Notes: generated by a model from the sequence alone, not told the origin. A stretch of 64,000 nt of DNA from Pavona decussata (GCA_977016875.1 CDRNST010000054.1:310001-374000), one strand, 5' to 3'; counted from the stretch's first letter, positions 33,731-46,594 are shown. Made by a program: numbers and translations.

Positions 33731-34060
33731 ACTGAGACAGACTGTTAGACACAGTCTAACAGATAGTCAAGAGACAGTCGAGACAGTCAAAGGTAGGGGA
33801 AAGGTGAAAGGTGGTGAAAGGTAGGGTACAGTTCGCCATATTGAATCGCCCGCGATAACAACCAGCCAACACCCCCAAAAAGTAAGCGTGAATACGTAAG
33901 GCGCATGTTTTTCTGCGAAAGACTGTATAGTTGTATTGCGGATTCATATCTAGTTTATTTCTGAGGGACTGTGAGAGTGTGAGGGGATTGTGAGGGCAGT
34001 CTCGCTGGTGGTTTTGCTTTTGTTTCGCTTTGAGACGTTGAAACGTTCACAGTTTACAAG
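33731..34060. promoter_or_regulatory. Putative bidirectional promoter and 5'UTRs shared by TMEM276 and LENG1
   Basis: Divergent ATGs only 330 bp apart; locally CpG-retaining; CGCCAT (YY1-like core) at 33834-33839. Confidence 0.65.
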
Positions 34061-37000
34061 ATGAACATTTTGCCAAAAAAGAGGTAAGCTGTAAGTTTTG
34101 TTTAAACGACATGTGTGCGTGTATGTATAACTGTCTATACTATGAGCTTCTTTTCTCATAAGATCGTATAAATTCAAGACATAATGTCACATAAGAATTT
34201 GAAAGATTGTGTGCCTGGAGATACATGCTCACTTTATTACAGATGATTCTTATTTCTATAAAACGTTTTTACTCCTACCTACCCCTAGTTTAAACCCCAT
34301 GGCATTGCTCACCTCTGAGGTTTACAAATTTGTTACTAAGCACTTAATGACTTGCCCTAGGGAAAACAGTGAGTTTTGTTTCCCCAAGACCTTAAAATTA
34401 TGTTCCCCGAGGTGAAGCCAAGGGGAACATTGAGGTTTCAGGGGAAACAAAACTCACTGTTTCCCATGGGGCCAGTCATTAAGTGTTTGTTATGCCTTCC
34501 AACTCAAAAATAGAATAAATTGTTTTAGTATAATTACTCAGGTGATTATAGAGATTCTGTTGATCTGATTGGTCGAGGATTGCGTCATATCCTGCTATAA
34601 TCACCTCGCGCGAGGTGATTATAGCGGGAGCACTAACTTTCAAAATGGCTGCTTAGCTATTTGTTGACATTTCTGAAAAAGAAGTAAATAGGATGAAAGA
34701 AAATGCAATTCCAAAAGGCACTAAAGATGCAGCTAAGTCCGAGGTGATACTTTTCGAAGGCAAGAGATGAAAATTTTGCTAATTGTGATAAAAAACTCTT
34801 GTAAATTGCATGTTGTCGATCTTGATGACTTAAAATGAAGACAACAAATTGAGTTAAATTCGAGCAGATTTTCTTTATTAACAGAATGATTTCACAAACA
34901 AAACGAGTTTAAGACAGAATTTGAAAGCATGGATGTAAGCAAGATGAATAAATGTCTCTGTAAGTTTTACGTTTCAGTGACGAGAAAAGAAAACAGTTTC
35001 TATAATCTGAAAACTAGTTTGTTGTAGCTTTGAGCGGCTCTCGACCACCATCTAAAATCACCGCCTCACAACAAGATATTTTCATCTGTGACAACCGTGT
35101 ACTTGTTTAGTGAAGCCAACAAATGACTTAATTCCTACCTGAAGCAGCTTATCTCCAAGGGCAATTTATAAACGTCCGTTAACCGGCGAAGCCATCATGT
35201 CAACAAGAAATCGTGCAATAAAATGCTATCGCTAACACTTGTGATCCCGGCTCGAGTTTTACACCAAACAGCCTGGTTCATCTCCATCTATTTTGGTAAA
35301 CGGGTCGGAGAATCCCAACATTCATTCACAGAAGTCAGTGCTTCATCTTAATGAAGCGGCAGTTAAAGAATACTGACATTCTGCTTGAGGCCGTGTGCAG
35401 TTTATCGATTGTGCATGTGATTTCCATTGAGCATGTGATCGGCAGACTGCGCGTCTCTGTTCATTGACGCGTGACGATTTGAAACAAACAAACAAAATCG
35501 ACAATTTTCGGACGGTACTTGTTTTTCTCTGATAATCACCTGAGTAATTATACTAAAACAAATTATTATTCGCTTCAGGCTCAGTAAGAGACAAAGTCAA
35601 GGGAAACATCAGGACTCTCAGGAAAACAAAACTGTTTCCCTCGGGACCATACATTAAGTGTATATTATATATGGGTGTCACCTTACGACTTAATTGCAAA
35701 GTCTTGAAAGCTTTTGTCCAATTTTTTTCTCTTTGCAGTAGTCTCTCAATGTTTTCACAGCATTGTGAGTGGCCTTGTCAGTAGATTTTGAGTTTTTGCA
35801 TGTCCCGAAGTAGCTGTTGAATTTCCTCTTCATTTTTTGTCTGAAAGCATTTAGCTACCTACCTACCTACCTACCTACCTACCTACCAGGTTGCTCTCTC
35901 CAATGTTTCTACATTGGAGAAAGCAAGCGGTACTGGGCTTTGAGAGGAGTAGAATGTGAGCCTGCGCATGCTGCAAGTAAAGAGTTGGCAATCTAATAAC
36001 ACGCTGAGAAAACCATGCACGACATCCACCCATGCTACGGCGAAATTCTTGAAAGGAATGAAACTAATTACAAACGCAGAATTTCTGTTGAGTCTTTACA
36101 CTCAAACATTGACAAGACTTTGTCAACGAAAGAATGGAGTTCTTAAGGGCATATGTGCCACTGTTAAGATCTCTTGGGAGCCAAAATACGAAGCAGTGAT
36201 TTTGAATTTCAAATTCATTGTCCCCCGAAGAAAACCCAGAGATACAGTTCGGAAATTTGGGAAACTTTTTAAGTTTTTTGATCAGTTTTAAGCCTTTAAA
36301 ATACCAATTTTAAAGACTGATAACAAATGGTCTAAATGAGTGACTCTGAGTATTATCAAAGTAATTACAGGGTACATGTAAATGTACGGTTGTTCAGGAG
36401 ACTTGTAAGGGTTTATCAGTCTTTGATCTGGTTTTATGTTTTAGCTTATTTCCTGTGGTTTAGTACACACTCAAATACCTCAATCTTCATATCAACACAT
36501 CAACAGTACAATGAATAATGCATTCCACTAGAAATAATATTATTATTATAAGTCATGTTGGTCACATAAATGTCCTGGGAAAATTAATGTTGTAGATTAA
36601 TCGGAATGTTTTTTGTCTTAATTATAATGCTTTCAGTTGGCATGTCCGAAACAAAGACAATGTTGAGCGTGTGCGTCGTGATGAAGAGAATGCAAGGAAA
36701 GAAGAGAAGGAAAGGGAAAGGAGAGCAGCACTGGCAGTGAGTTACTAAGGAAAACTATTAACTAGGGCAGGGTTCAATTATGCACCTTAAAAGCCCTTGA
36801 ATCTTAAATCAAAATAATTTCAAGGGCATATTTAAAAGTGCATTTGTTACTAAAAAATACTTAAAATTCTTTTTCAAGGTCAAAAACCAAATTCACTAAG
36901 TAATTAAATAACTAGGAATATCATGTTTTTTACATGACCACCAGTGTTCCTAGATATTGAACTATCTGTACCAAGGGAAAATGGCAACAAAATAACCTTG

Positions 37001-38722
37001 ATGAATTTGTGAAAATTTAATCTAAAGTCTGGTGGCTCTTTTACAAGTTTGCATTATTTTACATTGCAAAACAACAACTGAAGAAAGTGGACAAATCCGT
37101 TTTACAAGTACACTGCATAATAATCATGATGCTGCTTTATGTATTCATGACCATTAAACCTTACATCAATCCTTTTTGCTTGTTTGAAACATGTAGTATC
37201 AAAAAACTACATCACAACAGTCTTGCTCAACCAATCTGTTTACCGAAGTAGTGGATTTGGAGAAATGGATGGAAATCTGGATTTCAAGGCCAATTTCTTC
37301 TGAAAGTTAAGGTTTTAACATAACCCATCAATTAAGTTGCTTACTTTAAATATACATGTCAAAAGTACAATCTTACTGTGCCCAACTGATCAAGTTGTGA
37401 ATTTTTATAGGAGCAAGAGGCCAGAACAACTTTGTTGCGAGGCCGTGCTGCCAAGAAGCTGATTAAAGATAGCAAATCACAAGACAAAGCCCTCATTTTA
37501 GCTGATGATAAACCAAAGCATATTAACTTCTTTGCTGATATTGAAGAAGGGGTAAGAAACCTAACACATTATTCTGAGTGACAGTGGATAAGTTTCTTTG
37601 GTGGGATTGCTCAGAATAAGCGGAAATTGAGAGTCAAGCTTTGCTAATAAGTTAAATTCAAGATTTCATACATTGTATGACTGTCACCATAATAATAATT
37701 ATTAATTTAATATATATAGCATCCCTGCCATGTGTAAGTGCAGAAAGGTGTCACCTTGAAGTGTATAATTCCACAGCTGGAGATTTTTGAGAAGAACCAA
37801 ACAGAATTTACTTCCTTATATCGATGTACAAAAAACACACGTATTGCGAGCGTGTTGTAAAAACTTTGCATCTCCTTGAAGTGTATAACTTCACAGCTAG
37901 AGATTTTTGAGAAGAACCAATCAGAATTTACCCTCCTTATATGGATGTACAAAATACGCACATGTTACAAGTGTGTAGCAAAAAGTTTGCATCTTGAGGG
38001 AAGGCTGTAGTTTGTATGTTTTCTTCGATATTATGAAAAAAGACATTCTTTGTCAAATTCCCTGAAAGCATGTTTAAGAACTTATGATGAAATCTGAAAC
38101 ACTGACAAATCCTTGAATAAAAGTTGTTTGCTGTTTGTAATACCATGCAGGTATACAGCTGTCTTTGGGATGAGATTTTAAATTTGAAACTCGTTCCACT
38201 TTTCTTGCTTTTCAGCCAATTTTATTTAGGGGACAAAAACTCTACGCTTAAATGTAATAGTTAGTCTTGGGCAAATTGATATAAAAGTTTCTGTTGGCTT
38301 CTGTTGGAAAGTTAAAGTGAAAATCCAGGACAAACATAATGAAATGTAAGTTACTTCTTCCACAAGCTTCAATGGAGTCTATTGAAAACCATTATTTTAC
38401 ATTTTGAAAACAACTGTAGTGCCCTGACAAAAAACATTCCTTATCGTGATCTCAGGCTAAAGCTTAAATCTCAAGCTAATTTTAATGAATTCAGCTTTAA
38501 TATAACGTCTGCATCCACTTGTAATTTTAGAAAAGATGACTTTGTATATACTTAATTTTTATGCTCATGATTTCATATTTGTAAGCGTTAATTTAGTTCA
38601 AACATTTTGTCTGTATATACCCCTAGTTTTTAGCTTCTTTAGTTTACTTGTAATTAGTTAATTGCAAACGACCCCACAAGCTCATGTAGCTTTAATACTC
38701 ATCGTTTTTTAAAATAAAGGCT

Positions 38723-38760
<38 letters not shown>

Positions 38761-41609
38761 TTTGTCCCACCAAAATGTGAATGAAATAATCCTTCTATTT
38801 TAAAGCCACATTTTAAAAAGTAAATATATTACCATAACATTGCTAAAATAAATCTTTAAATAAACCACTTGAGGAGTATGAGACTTCAAACTGAACACCA
38901 CAGAATTTCTTGTTTAGTTTTATTGGTTGTAGTTTTGGGTTGAACACTGCTGAGCTTGAGCTGAAATAGCCAAGTGGTGCCATAACTGTTTGTTTGTTTG
39001 GTTATTTACATTTATCCTTTTAGTTTTAGGTGTTAGGTAATGGTTAAATCATTTGAAGTGTTATGCTTTTGGCTTTGCAGTATGAGATTTCATAACAGTG
39101 ATGGTAATGATGTTGTTGTAGCTAAGACATGGCAGTAACCCTGAATATGAAGCTGAGAAAAAAGCGGAACAGGAGAAAAGAGAGAAAGCTATTGGTCTGT
39201 TGACCTACCTTGGACAGAGTGCAAGGGATACACAAGGTATGCTTGCTCCGCTGTACATTGCTGTTTAGTTGAGTGATTTAGCTACATTGATAATTATTTT
39301 ACAGCATCTGGACTCACAGGGAGAGCAGGATAAAATGGGTTAGAGAGAGGAGAGATAAGTCTTGAGGAATCCAGGAGATTGAGGTCTTCCCATTCTTGGT
39401 GTGTGGGTGATAGTAAGAATGGCGATTGATGATGATAGTACTAAAAACAGCCAGTAGAAGTAGTCCAGGGGCCAATTAAAAAAACCCTTTTACACTTGTA
39501 ATTTACAAGCTGGGCCTTGTTGTTATATGCGAACACAAAAAAAAACCCTCAGAGTTCATTTGTTACTCATTAACTGGAAAGACTTCTAGCAATGTTTTCT
39601 CAGATCATTACTTTTTGTGCGTGCATGTTTAATTACAAAGGAACATGTTATTAGCCAGGGCCCAGTTGTTCAAAGGGCGGATAACTTTATCCACTGGATA
39701 AGTCACTATCCAGTAAAGCAAATGTACTCCAACTAATGCTTTTGGCAAGTTTTCCACACAATCCCATAATTAAATTTGACATATGCTTTTACTCTATCCA
39801 CAAATTATAGGGCTATCGGGAAAATCTTGCACACATTTCATCTGCAGGATAGCGTCCTGTATAAAATTATACGCTCTTTGGACAACTGGGGCCAGGATGA
39901 AAAAAAAAATTCTCACCGGTTTCTCAGACCATGTGTTCTTGGCATTTTTATGGAACTCAGAGCAATTCAATCAATTTGGAGTCATACTGTGCACTTTTGC
40001 CAGTGGCAATCATCTCCATGTTTATTGTTTACCTTTATCCTGCTTTATCAGTTTGTATAGGTGAGACTCCAGGCCCCAGTATTCAAGGAGTGGATAACTT
40101 TATTCCACGGATTAGTTGCTATCCAGCGGATAATGTGTACTCCAACTTATATCTGATATATGTGATATCTACTGGATAGCAGATTATCTATTGGATAAAG
40201 TTATCCACTCTTTGAACAACTGGGACCTGGTGGATATCAAGTACTAGCTTGCCAGTATGATTAGCATTTATCTGCTAGAGTCTTGCGAAATGAGATTAAG
40301 TTTTGTATTCATAGCAGTTCGATGTCATATATGTTACCTTGACCAATGTACATAACATATAACTTGGCTGAACTTGCAAAAAATAACTTTTATTTTTCTT
40401 AGGTGAAAAACCATGGTTTGTCAAATCACACCAACAAAGAATAGACCCTAATGCAGCAAGTCAAAGGTAGAACCATAATGTTTCTTGCATATGTTACCAC
40501 GCATTATTTTTGTCGTTGTTCTGAGAATGTGTTTATTGATCAAGACAATAGTAAACTTACACAACAGGATGGCTGCCGAAAGAGCTGTGACGGTATGACA
40601 AGAAGACACGAAATAAATTTTGGTCATTACTGGCATGATCAATCCCCGAGAGAAATTAGTGACGCTGGTAGGGAAAGTGTTGGGAAATACAGGGTGATGG
40701 TCTACTCTGAGAACAGTCGACATTCTATCTTTGGTAGAGGGACATGTGCAAAGTGGATGAATTGATTTACAACTTCCCTTTTTCCTTATAATCTTTGTAA
40801 TTACCGAAGTAATGTGCATAAACTGATCTAACTAGAAAACTGTTTGCTAAATGCTTGTTTGTTTATTGTGTGCCGATCAATTCGAAGATTCAACATCCCC
40901 CCACCTCCGGGCGTTTGAACTTTGGAAAATTGGCTTGTTTAAATTCCCATTCCGCGGGGACAAGAAATTGTTCAAATGTCCCTCCTTAGCGCAGAATTTT
41001 CGGGTCAAATGTCCTACCCAAAAACAGTTTGAGTTACACACGATTGTTAGAACTTAATTCATTTACGTTCGTTCAAGTGTCAAAATTTATTTTCACCCTC
41101 GAACAAAGTTTGTGGACACCCTTTTTGATAAGCTAATCGTTTACAAAAACGACATTTCCCCCCTTGAACCCGTCCATGGATCAGACCAAAAAGATAGGTG
41201 TCAACTTGCCACTTCAGGTTTAGAATTCCCCACCAAACCCAGGTAAAGAGGAAGGGGGCGGGGGGGGGGGGGGGGGGGAGTGTTGAATGTTGGAATTGAT
41301 CGGCGTATTATCATTTCCTTTGTGTCTAGCTCGAGAGAAAAGGACAAAAAAAGTTCACTGGATCCTTTAAACGACATGAAAAAATACCTTGATATAAAGA
41401 AATCACATAAACAAGACAAAGATAGGAAACACAAAGCAACAGAAAAAGACTCTAAAAGAAAACAAAAGAAAAGTATTGAAGAAATGAGAAAAGAGAGATT
41501 ACAACGCGAGGAGAAAGAACATGAAAGACAAAGAAAGCTGTTAGCATCTGTGAGAGGTGACAGGAAAGCTGCTTCAGAGACTTCACATTACGATGCCCCA
41601 AACAGGTAG
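34061..41609 (+). CDS. LENG1: Leukocyte receptor cluster member 1 homolog; join(34061..34083,36637..36736,37411..37551,39122..39236,40403..40466,41330..41609); 3' end uncertain
   Basis: In-frame GT-AG exons: [105 protein letters not shown]. Cir_N-type N-terminus characteristic of LENG1. Confidence 0.92.
34521..35560 (+). mobile_element. Decayed Crypton-like (tyrosine recombinase/DUF3504) element in LENG1 intron 1
   Basis: 29-bp perfect inverted ends TGTTTTAGTATAATTACTCAGGTGATTAT. Remnant peptides [24 protein letters not shown] and [31 protein letters not shown]. Nested in a GGGAAACAAAACTCACTGTTTCCC-type repeat (34335-35660). Confidence 0.65.
35865..35887. repeat. (CTAC)n microsatellite
   Basis: Direct reading. 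Confidence 0.9.
37756..37995. repeat. 120-bp tandem duplication in LENG1 intron 3
   Basis: TTGAAGTGTATAA..CACAGCT.GAGATTTTTGAGAAGAACCAA.CAGAATTTAC at 37757 and 37877. Confidence 0.85.
38723..38760. repeat. (CAT)n microsatellite, probably the 3' tail of a short LINE fragment
   Basis: AATAAAGGCTAT followed by (CAT)12. Confidence 0.8.
39659..39893. mobile_element. MITE, GGCCCCAGTTGTTCAA family (copy 3)
   Basis: GGCCCAGTTGTTCAAAG...CTTTGGACAACTGGGGCC, CAG flanks. Confidence 0.8.
40072..40227. mobile_element. MITE, GGCCCCAGTTGTTCAA family (copy 4)
   Basis: GGCCCCAGTATTCAAGGAGTGGATAACTTTAT...ATAAAGTTATCCACTCTTTGAACAACTGGGACC. Confidence 0.8.
40868..41309. mobile_element. MITE with poly-C/poly-G subterminal tracts
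   Basis: GCCGATCAATTCGAAGATTCAACATCCCCC...GGGAGTGTTGAATGTTGGAATTGATCGGC. Confidence 0.75.
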
Positions 41610-41688
41610 ATTGCTTTGCTGCTGTATTAAAACCAAAGCCACGAGCTATTTGGCATATCATAGCAAACTCAAATGACGCTAAAACAAG

Positions 41689-41910
41689 GAAGCGCGGGAA
41701 ACCATGCATGTGGAACCAACGAGGGAAACCATGCATGTGGTACCAAGCTTGAGAAACATGCAACCGGTGCCGGATAAAGGTAGTACGTTTATCCGGCACC
41801 TAGTAGGAAAACGCGCAACTGGCGCCAAGCGCAGTGAACATGTAATGGGCGATAAGCGTAGAAAAACCTGCAACCTGTGGCACGTTGTCAAGTACGGGAA
41901 AACATGCAAT
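41689..41910. repeat. Degenerate ~28-bp tandem repeat (AAGCGCGGGAAAACATGCAACCGGTGCC-like)
   Basis: Recurring AAGCGCGGGAAA, AAACATGCAACC and GGTGCC/GGCGCC motifs. Confidence 0.75.
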
Positions 41911-42109
41911 AGTTACAAAGTTAAGACTGGGGCTTGGTTGACAAACTTCACTTTTCTGGTTTTGTACCTCTAACGTGTGGAATCACGTCTGTCGCCAGCA
42001 TGACTAAAATATTTTTGCCGTTGCGAGTACCTTACTTGGGGAACAATTCTCCTCAATCAGGAGTAGCTGCGCTCATGGAATGAACAATAAGTAGGTTTTA
42101 CCTGCAATC

Positions 42110-42290
42110 ATCCGGCTTAAATTTTCATCTATTTACATATGAACCTAGTAAATAGCCTACGCCACGAGTGATGCTGAGTAGTTAGAGTATCAGTGCACAG
42201 AAAGGTCAGGCCCGGGCTGTTGATTCCTGTCAGGACTGAGATCTTTTTGCTTTCTTCCACGCTCGTGACATAATGAATATTACATCGTTC
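42110..42290 (+). mobile_element. Degenerate relative of the 18244-18564 tRNA-containing element
   Basis: ATGAACCTAGTAAATAGCCTACGCCACGAGT matches ATGAACCTAGTTTAATGGCCTTAGCTCCCACGAGT of the 18.4-kb element; followed by a B-box-like GTTGATTCCTGTCAGGA and a T-run. Confidence 0.55.
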
Positions 42291-44989
42291 TCGTTACCAT
42301 TAATTTACTTCAAAATTTTGCACTTTTCTAAACCTTTCTTAACTGTGTGTCTACTGATTCCTTCTTCGGTTGTTGCAGATATAACTCTCAGTACCATCCG
42401 GAGTTTGTCAGGAAGTCCAGGAGTGACGGTCGGTACCGGCCGTATTAGATTCTGGGTATGATGCCGGGCGCTAATGGACTGCGATGGAAGAGTTGCAGAG
42501 GACAAAACTAGTCAGGTCTCTCGTTCGACAACGGACTGGATCCGAACTTCCAAAGATGGCCGACTGAGCGAATGCGCTGAAAGATGCAAGTGGTCTTGGT
42601 TGCATTTCGTGACTCAATGTAACGTTTTTGAACTTTCCACGGTTAGCCGCTAATCATTCTATGTGTCCCTCTGAATAATCTGAACAGGTTAAGACAGTAA
42701 GAACTGTTGGCACCGATTTCAGTCCGAGGCAAACGAAAACTGGTGTAGGAAAAAGTCTTGAGAGTCGGTGATCAATTGAAAGCAAGAGTTTGTACCTTCG
42801 GCCAAATTTTTTTTTTTACCTTCTCGTGTATTTTGTTTTCCTTTTTCAGTTCTATTTTGGCTCATTTTGGATCATCAGTTTACTTTCGTTCAATGAAAGT
42901 AAATCAGGGGCCAATTTAATAAAACTTTTACACTTGTAATTTAGCAGCTTGGCCAGTTAGCTACAAGCTAACAGGCGTAGCTCGTTTTATTAAATGACCC
43001 CGAGTACATAAGGGAGTAAGGAATAGAAAACAAAGAGAATGCTATGCTAAATTGATTGTGACACAAGGACAACCGAAAACCAAGCGATTTGACAGAAAAC
43101 TTTTCTGAGCATTGTAATTGAATTGGATTGGATAACTTTATTTAAACACAGTAAATTCAAATCAACAGTGCAGAGTCTCTGAATGAAATGATAAATCTAT
43201 ATATTCCGTATCTAAAAATTCACTCTTAGATGAAAAATATCCAAAAAAAAAAAAAAAACTGTATTACATTATGCCTTGTCTGTAAGACCTCGGTAACCAG
43301 TTTCATAGTTGCCTTGTTAACATAAGGGTTTGTCGAATACAACTGGAGTTAAAGATGACAGTCGAATGAGCACTCTGTTCGAGTATTAGGCCCGTCCACC
43401 CGTCAAAGAAAGCTTTGACACTTCTGAAATCATGCGACTTATGAATAAGTTTCCATGAATGTGTAAGGGGCTGGAAACGAGTAGAATCGGGGGCGCGCGC
43501 GAAGCGAGGGCAAGCTACCCTCGTTTCGAGCGCGCAGCCGATTTCCTTCTTCTCATCCCCTTGCACGCGCACCATTTAAGAATTGACGCTCAACTTACCT
43601 AAGTGGACACCTTAAGGATCAGTATAAAGTGTCAGGAGAGGCGTACACTTATGCGAACTTAAAACTCCTGTCTTTGTGTGTGGCTGAAACCTCGACCGAG
43701 TGTTTCTTACGAGAAGTGTCCGCTTACAGAGGGTGGCCCTTTTCGGAGGTCCTCTTGTTCGTTCCTACTTATCGTCCCCGAACGTAAGGACGAACATTTT
43801 AAGAAACAGGTTTTAAATAGAACCAGAAAGTCATGAGGGCAACCCTTATGGGATAGAACGTAGAAAAGTTATTTTACCTTTTGCGCCCTTATACTGCTAA
43901 TCTTTTTCCACAAACCTACATCAGTTTTTGCGGCGCGAGCGGCACACTTCCTTTTTTCCTTTAATTTGCCTCGTTTTTATGAATGCTTTTTAGCAATACC
44001 GCTGAGCATTGTAAAGCTTTCTCGCATTTCGATCCACGCGTTACGAAACAGCCAAGCTCAATAGAAGAGAAAGTTGTGTTACAAGGATTTGAATTGCGTA
44101 ATAACGGTTACTGCTAAAATATAAAGATTTGTATGGGGTTTTCATAAATTGGTCGAAGAACATAGAAATAAGGTAAATTCCACAATAAAAATGATGTACT
44201 TCTAAGGTGTAGTAGTGGCCGTCTATTCATTCATTTTTCCTATTTAATGCGTTTTAATGAAGGTTGTACCTTCTTGTGCCCTTCCACCAAGGAGAAGGTC
44301 AAGAATGACACGGGAAAGTATAACTTTCGTTGAAATGCATCAACCTGGTTTCCAGGGCTTTTCCCTTGTAAATTGGGAGGTGCGACCCTCTCAATTTACA
44401 AGGGATATTAACTCTTTTAGCATTTAGCACCGGAATAATCCCAAAAGAACTTAAGGTGGCTCTTTACCATTTTTGCAGTTTCTTGCTGGTAATGATAAAC
44501 ATTTTTCTTGATGTTCTGGTTCTTTCAGCCCTGTAAAAAAAATCTGGGTTCAAACATAGTTTCGAGTACTTAAGTCCTTATGCTTTGCTAAGAACACCGT
44601 TTTAAGAGTTAATCTCCTCATTAAGTCAAAACAAATTCTGTACATACGTTTTGCTAATTTCTGCAATTTTTGTTTTTGCCAGTTATTGAAGTTGTCCATG
44701 TATAATTATCCCTAAGATTTTTTGGAGTACAAATACCAGCTTAATCCTAACATTGAGCCAATTAAAAAAATTCACCGTGAAAACTCATTAAAACGACCTT
44801 ACTTTTCAGGCTAAATCTGGCCTTGTTTTGCGTGCCAGCATAATGAAAATTCACGTATCGGCTAGAAAACTGCGCGCGCTCGCGCCATTTTAGTACCAAG
44901 AGTAAAGGTATAAAGAAGGTAAGTTCATGACTCTACTTGCAGACTGATTTATTGTTGTGCTATTGATTGCAACGTGATCGTCCACGGGA

Positions 44990-45596
44990 TAATCTCGTAC
45001 CCAGAGTCCTCAGGCTCTTTGGCCAAGCGGTTGGTCGCCAGGAGAGACCAGGAGAGAGTAACTCCTGGACTAATTCTCCAGAGTCCCTCTTAGCGACCAA
45101 CCGCTGGCCAAAGAGCCTGAGGACTCTGGATACGAGACAATCTCGTACCCAGAGTCTTCAGGCTTTTTGGTCAGCGGGGCAACGCCGGGAAGACTCTGGG
45201 GACATCGAATTTTATTACCGCAGGATTTCTGCGGTAAAACAATGGAAACCGTTACGGAACAGCCAATCAAAAAAATTGAATTTTTTCGATGTCCCCAGAG
45301 TCTTCCCGGCGTTGCCCCGCTGACCAAAAAGCCTGAAGACTCTGGGTACGAGATTGGATACGAGACAATCTCGTACCCAGAGTCTTTAGGCTTTTTGGTC
45401 AGCGGGGCAACGCCGGGAAGACTCTGGGGACATCGAAAAAATTCAATTTTTTTGATTGGCTGTTCCGTAACGGTTTCCATTGTTTTACCGCAGAAATCTT
45501 GCGGTAATAAAATTCGATGTCCCCAGAGTCTTCCCGGCGTTGCCCCGCTGACCAAAAAGCCTGAAGACTCTGGGTACGAGATTGGATACGAGATTG
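44990..45596. mobile_element. Stack of three CAATCTCGTACCCAGAG-family MITEs (host 44990-45596; inserts 45138-45356 and 45366-45584)
   Basis: Two 219-bp copies in opposite orientation inside the right TIR of a third; GATACGAGA at 45129-45137, 45357-45365 and 45585-45593. Confidence 0.92.
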
Positions 45597-45770
45597 AGTA
45601 AAAGCTCCTTATCCCCCTTAACAACGATGCCAAAGAAAGAAATTCAAATGCTAAAGCATAAAATAGTCAAGGCAAGATATATGAGAATCGTTATCGTTGA
45701 CGTTACTTGAAGCATGCCTTCAGGGTGGCGTCGAGAATGCACACGTCGCTAAGGGTTCTCGCTTTGGTTG

Positions 45771-45828
45771 CAACCTCGTTCCCAGGGCCTTTTCCCTAGC
45801 TTGGGAAAAGGCCCTGGGAACGAGGTTG
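45771..45828. mobile_element. 58-bp hairpin MITE with 10-bp TSD
   Basis: CAACCTCGTTCCCAGGGCCTTTTCCC / GGGAAAAGGCCCTGGGAACGAGGTTG; GCTTTGGTTG on both sides. Confidence 0.92.
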
Positions 45829-46273
45829 GCTTTGGTTGCGTTCTATTGCGTCTTGGTTCTGTCCAAACTTAATGGAACCACAACATCTTCTTCAGTTTCG
45901 CCTGGGTATCATGGAGCTGGTTGCTTCGGTCTTGGTGTATTTTTTACGAATATCTTACCGTCTTCAGTTCGTTCATGTCAAATGTCGTTGAAAAAGGAAA
46001 ACGCATTTCATCTCTCTCCTCTCCCCTCGCCGCCTCCTTTGTCTTTTTCTCTCTCGTCCCAATTTCCGCACGGTCAAACAGAAAAAAGGGCACAAAACCT
46101 CAAGGACACGCTTATTGCAAAGGCTGCGTTTTGCAAAGCATACAGTTTTGCCCAAGACGCGTACGTCCGAACCTCCGAGGTTAGTCGTTTTCTTTTTTGA
46201 AGTAAGTAAAGTTTTCTTTTCGATTTTTCCCTCATCTATACTGTACTTTTATGAAGAAACAATTTTCGGTATA

Positions 46274-46460
46274 CAGTCAACTCCCTTTATTGCGGACACT
46301 TTCGGGACCGCGAGTTAGTGTCCTTAATAGAGAGAGTCTGTCATAGCGGGAATTTATTTCAGTCAAACGTCTGTAATATATTTTTGCCTGAGATTTAGCT
46401 GCTGTCCGTATTATCTGGGTGTCCATTCTAGCGAGGTGTCCGCAAAGCAAGAGTTGATTG
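46274..46460. mobile_element. Tc1/mariner-type MITE
   Basis: TA-CAGTCAACTCCCTTTATTGCGGACAC...GTGTCCGCAAAGCAAGAGTTGATTG-TA. Confidence 0.75.
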
Positions 46461-46594
46461 TATTAAGTTCTTTTAGGTTATATCGGCTGCCATAAAGAAG
46501 GGTAAAGCTGTCGTCGCTGACTAAGTTGCACAGACCGAGTGCGCAGTTGATGAACATGTCTCGCCCGGCACGGTTTTGTTACAGCTACCGTTGC

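Noticed and set aside
40448-40819. ORFs of 104 and 123 aa
   Set aside because: They lie in LENG1 intron 5 with no recognisable motif or splice support.
44967-45633. ORFs of 118-187 aa on both strands
   Set aside because: Mirror-image translations of palindromic MITEs.
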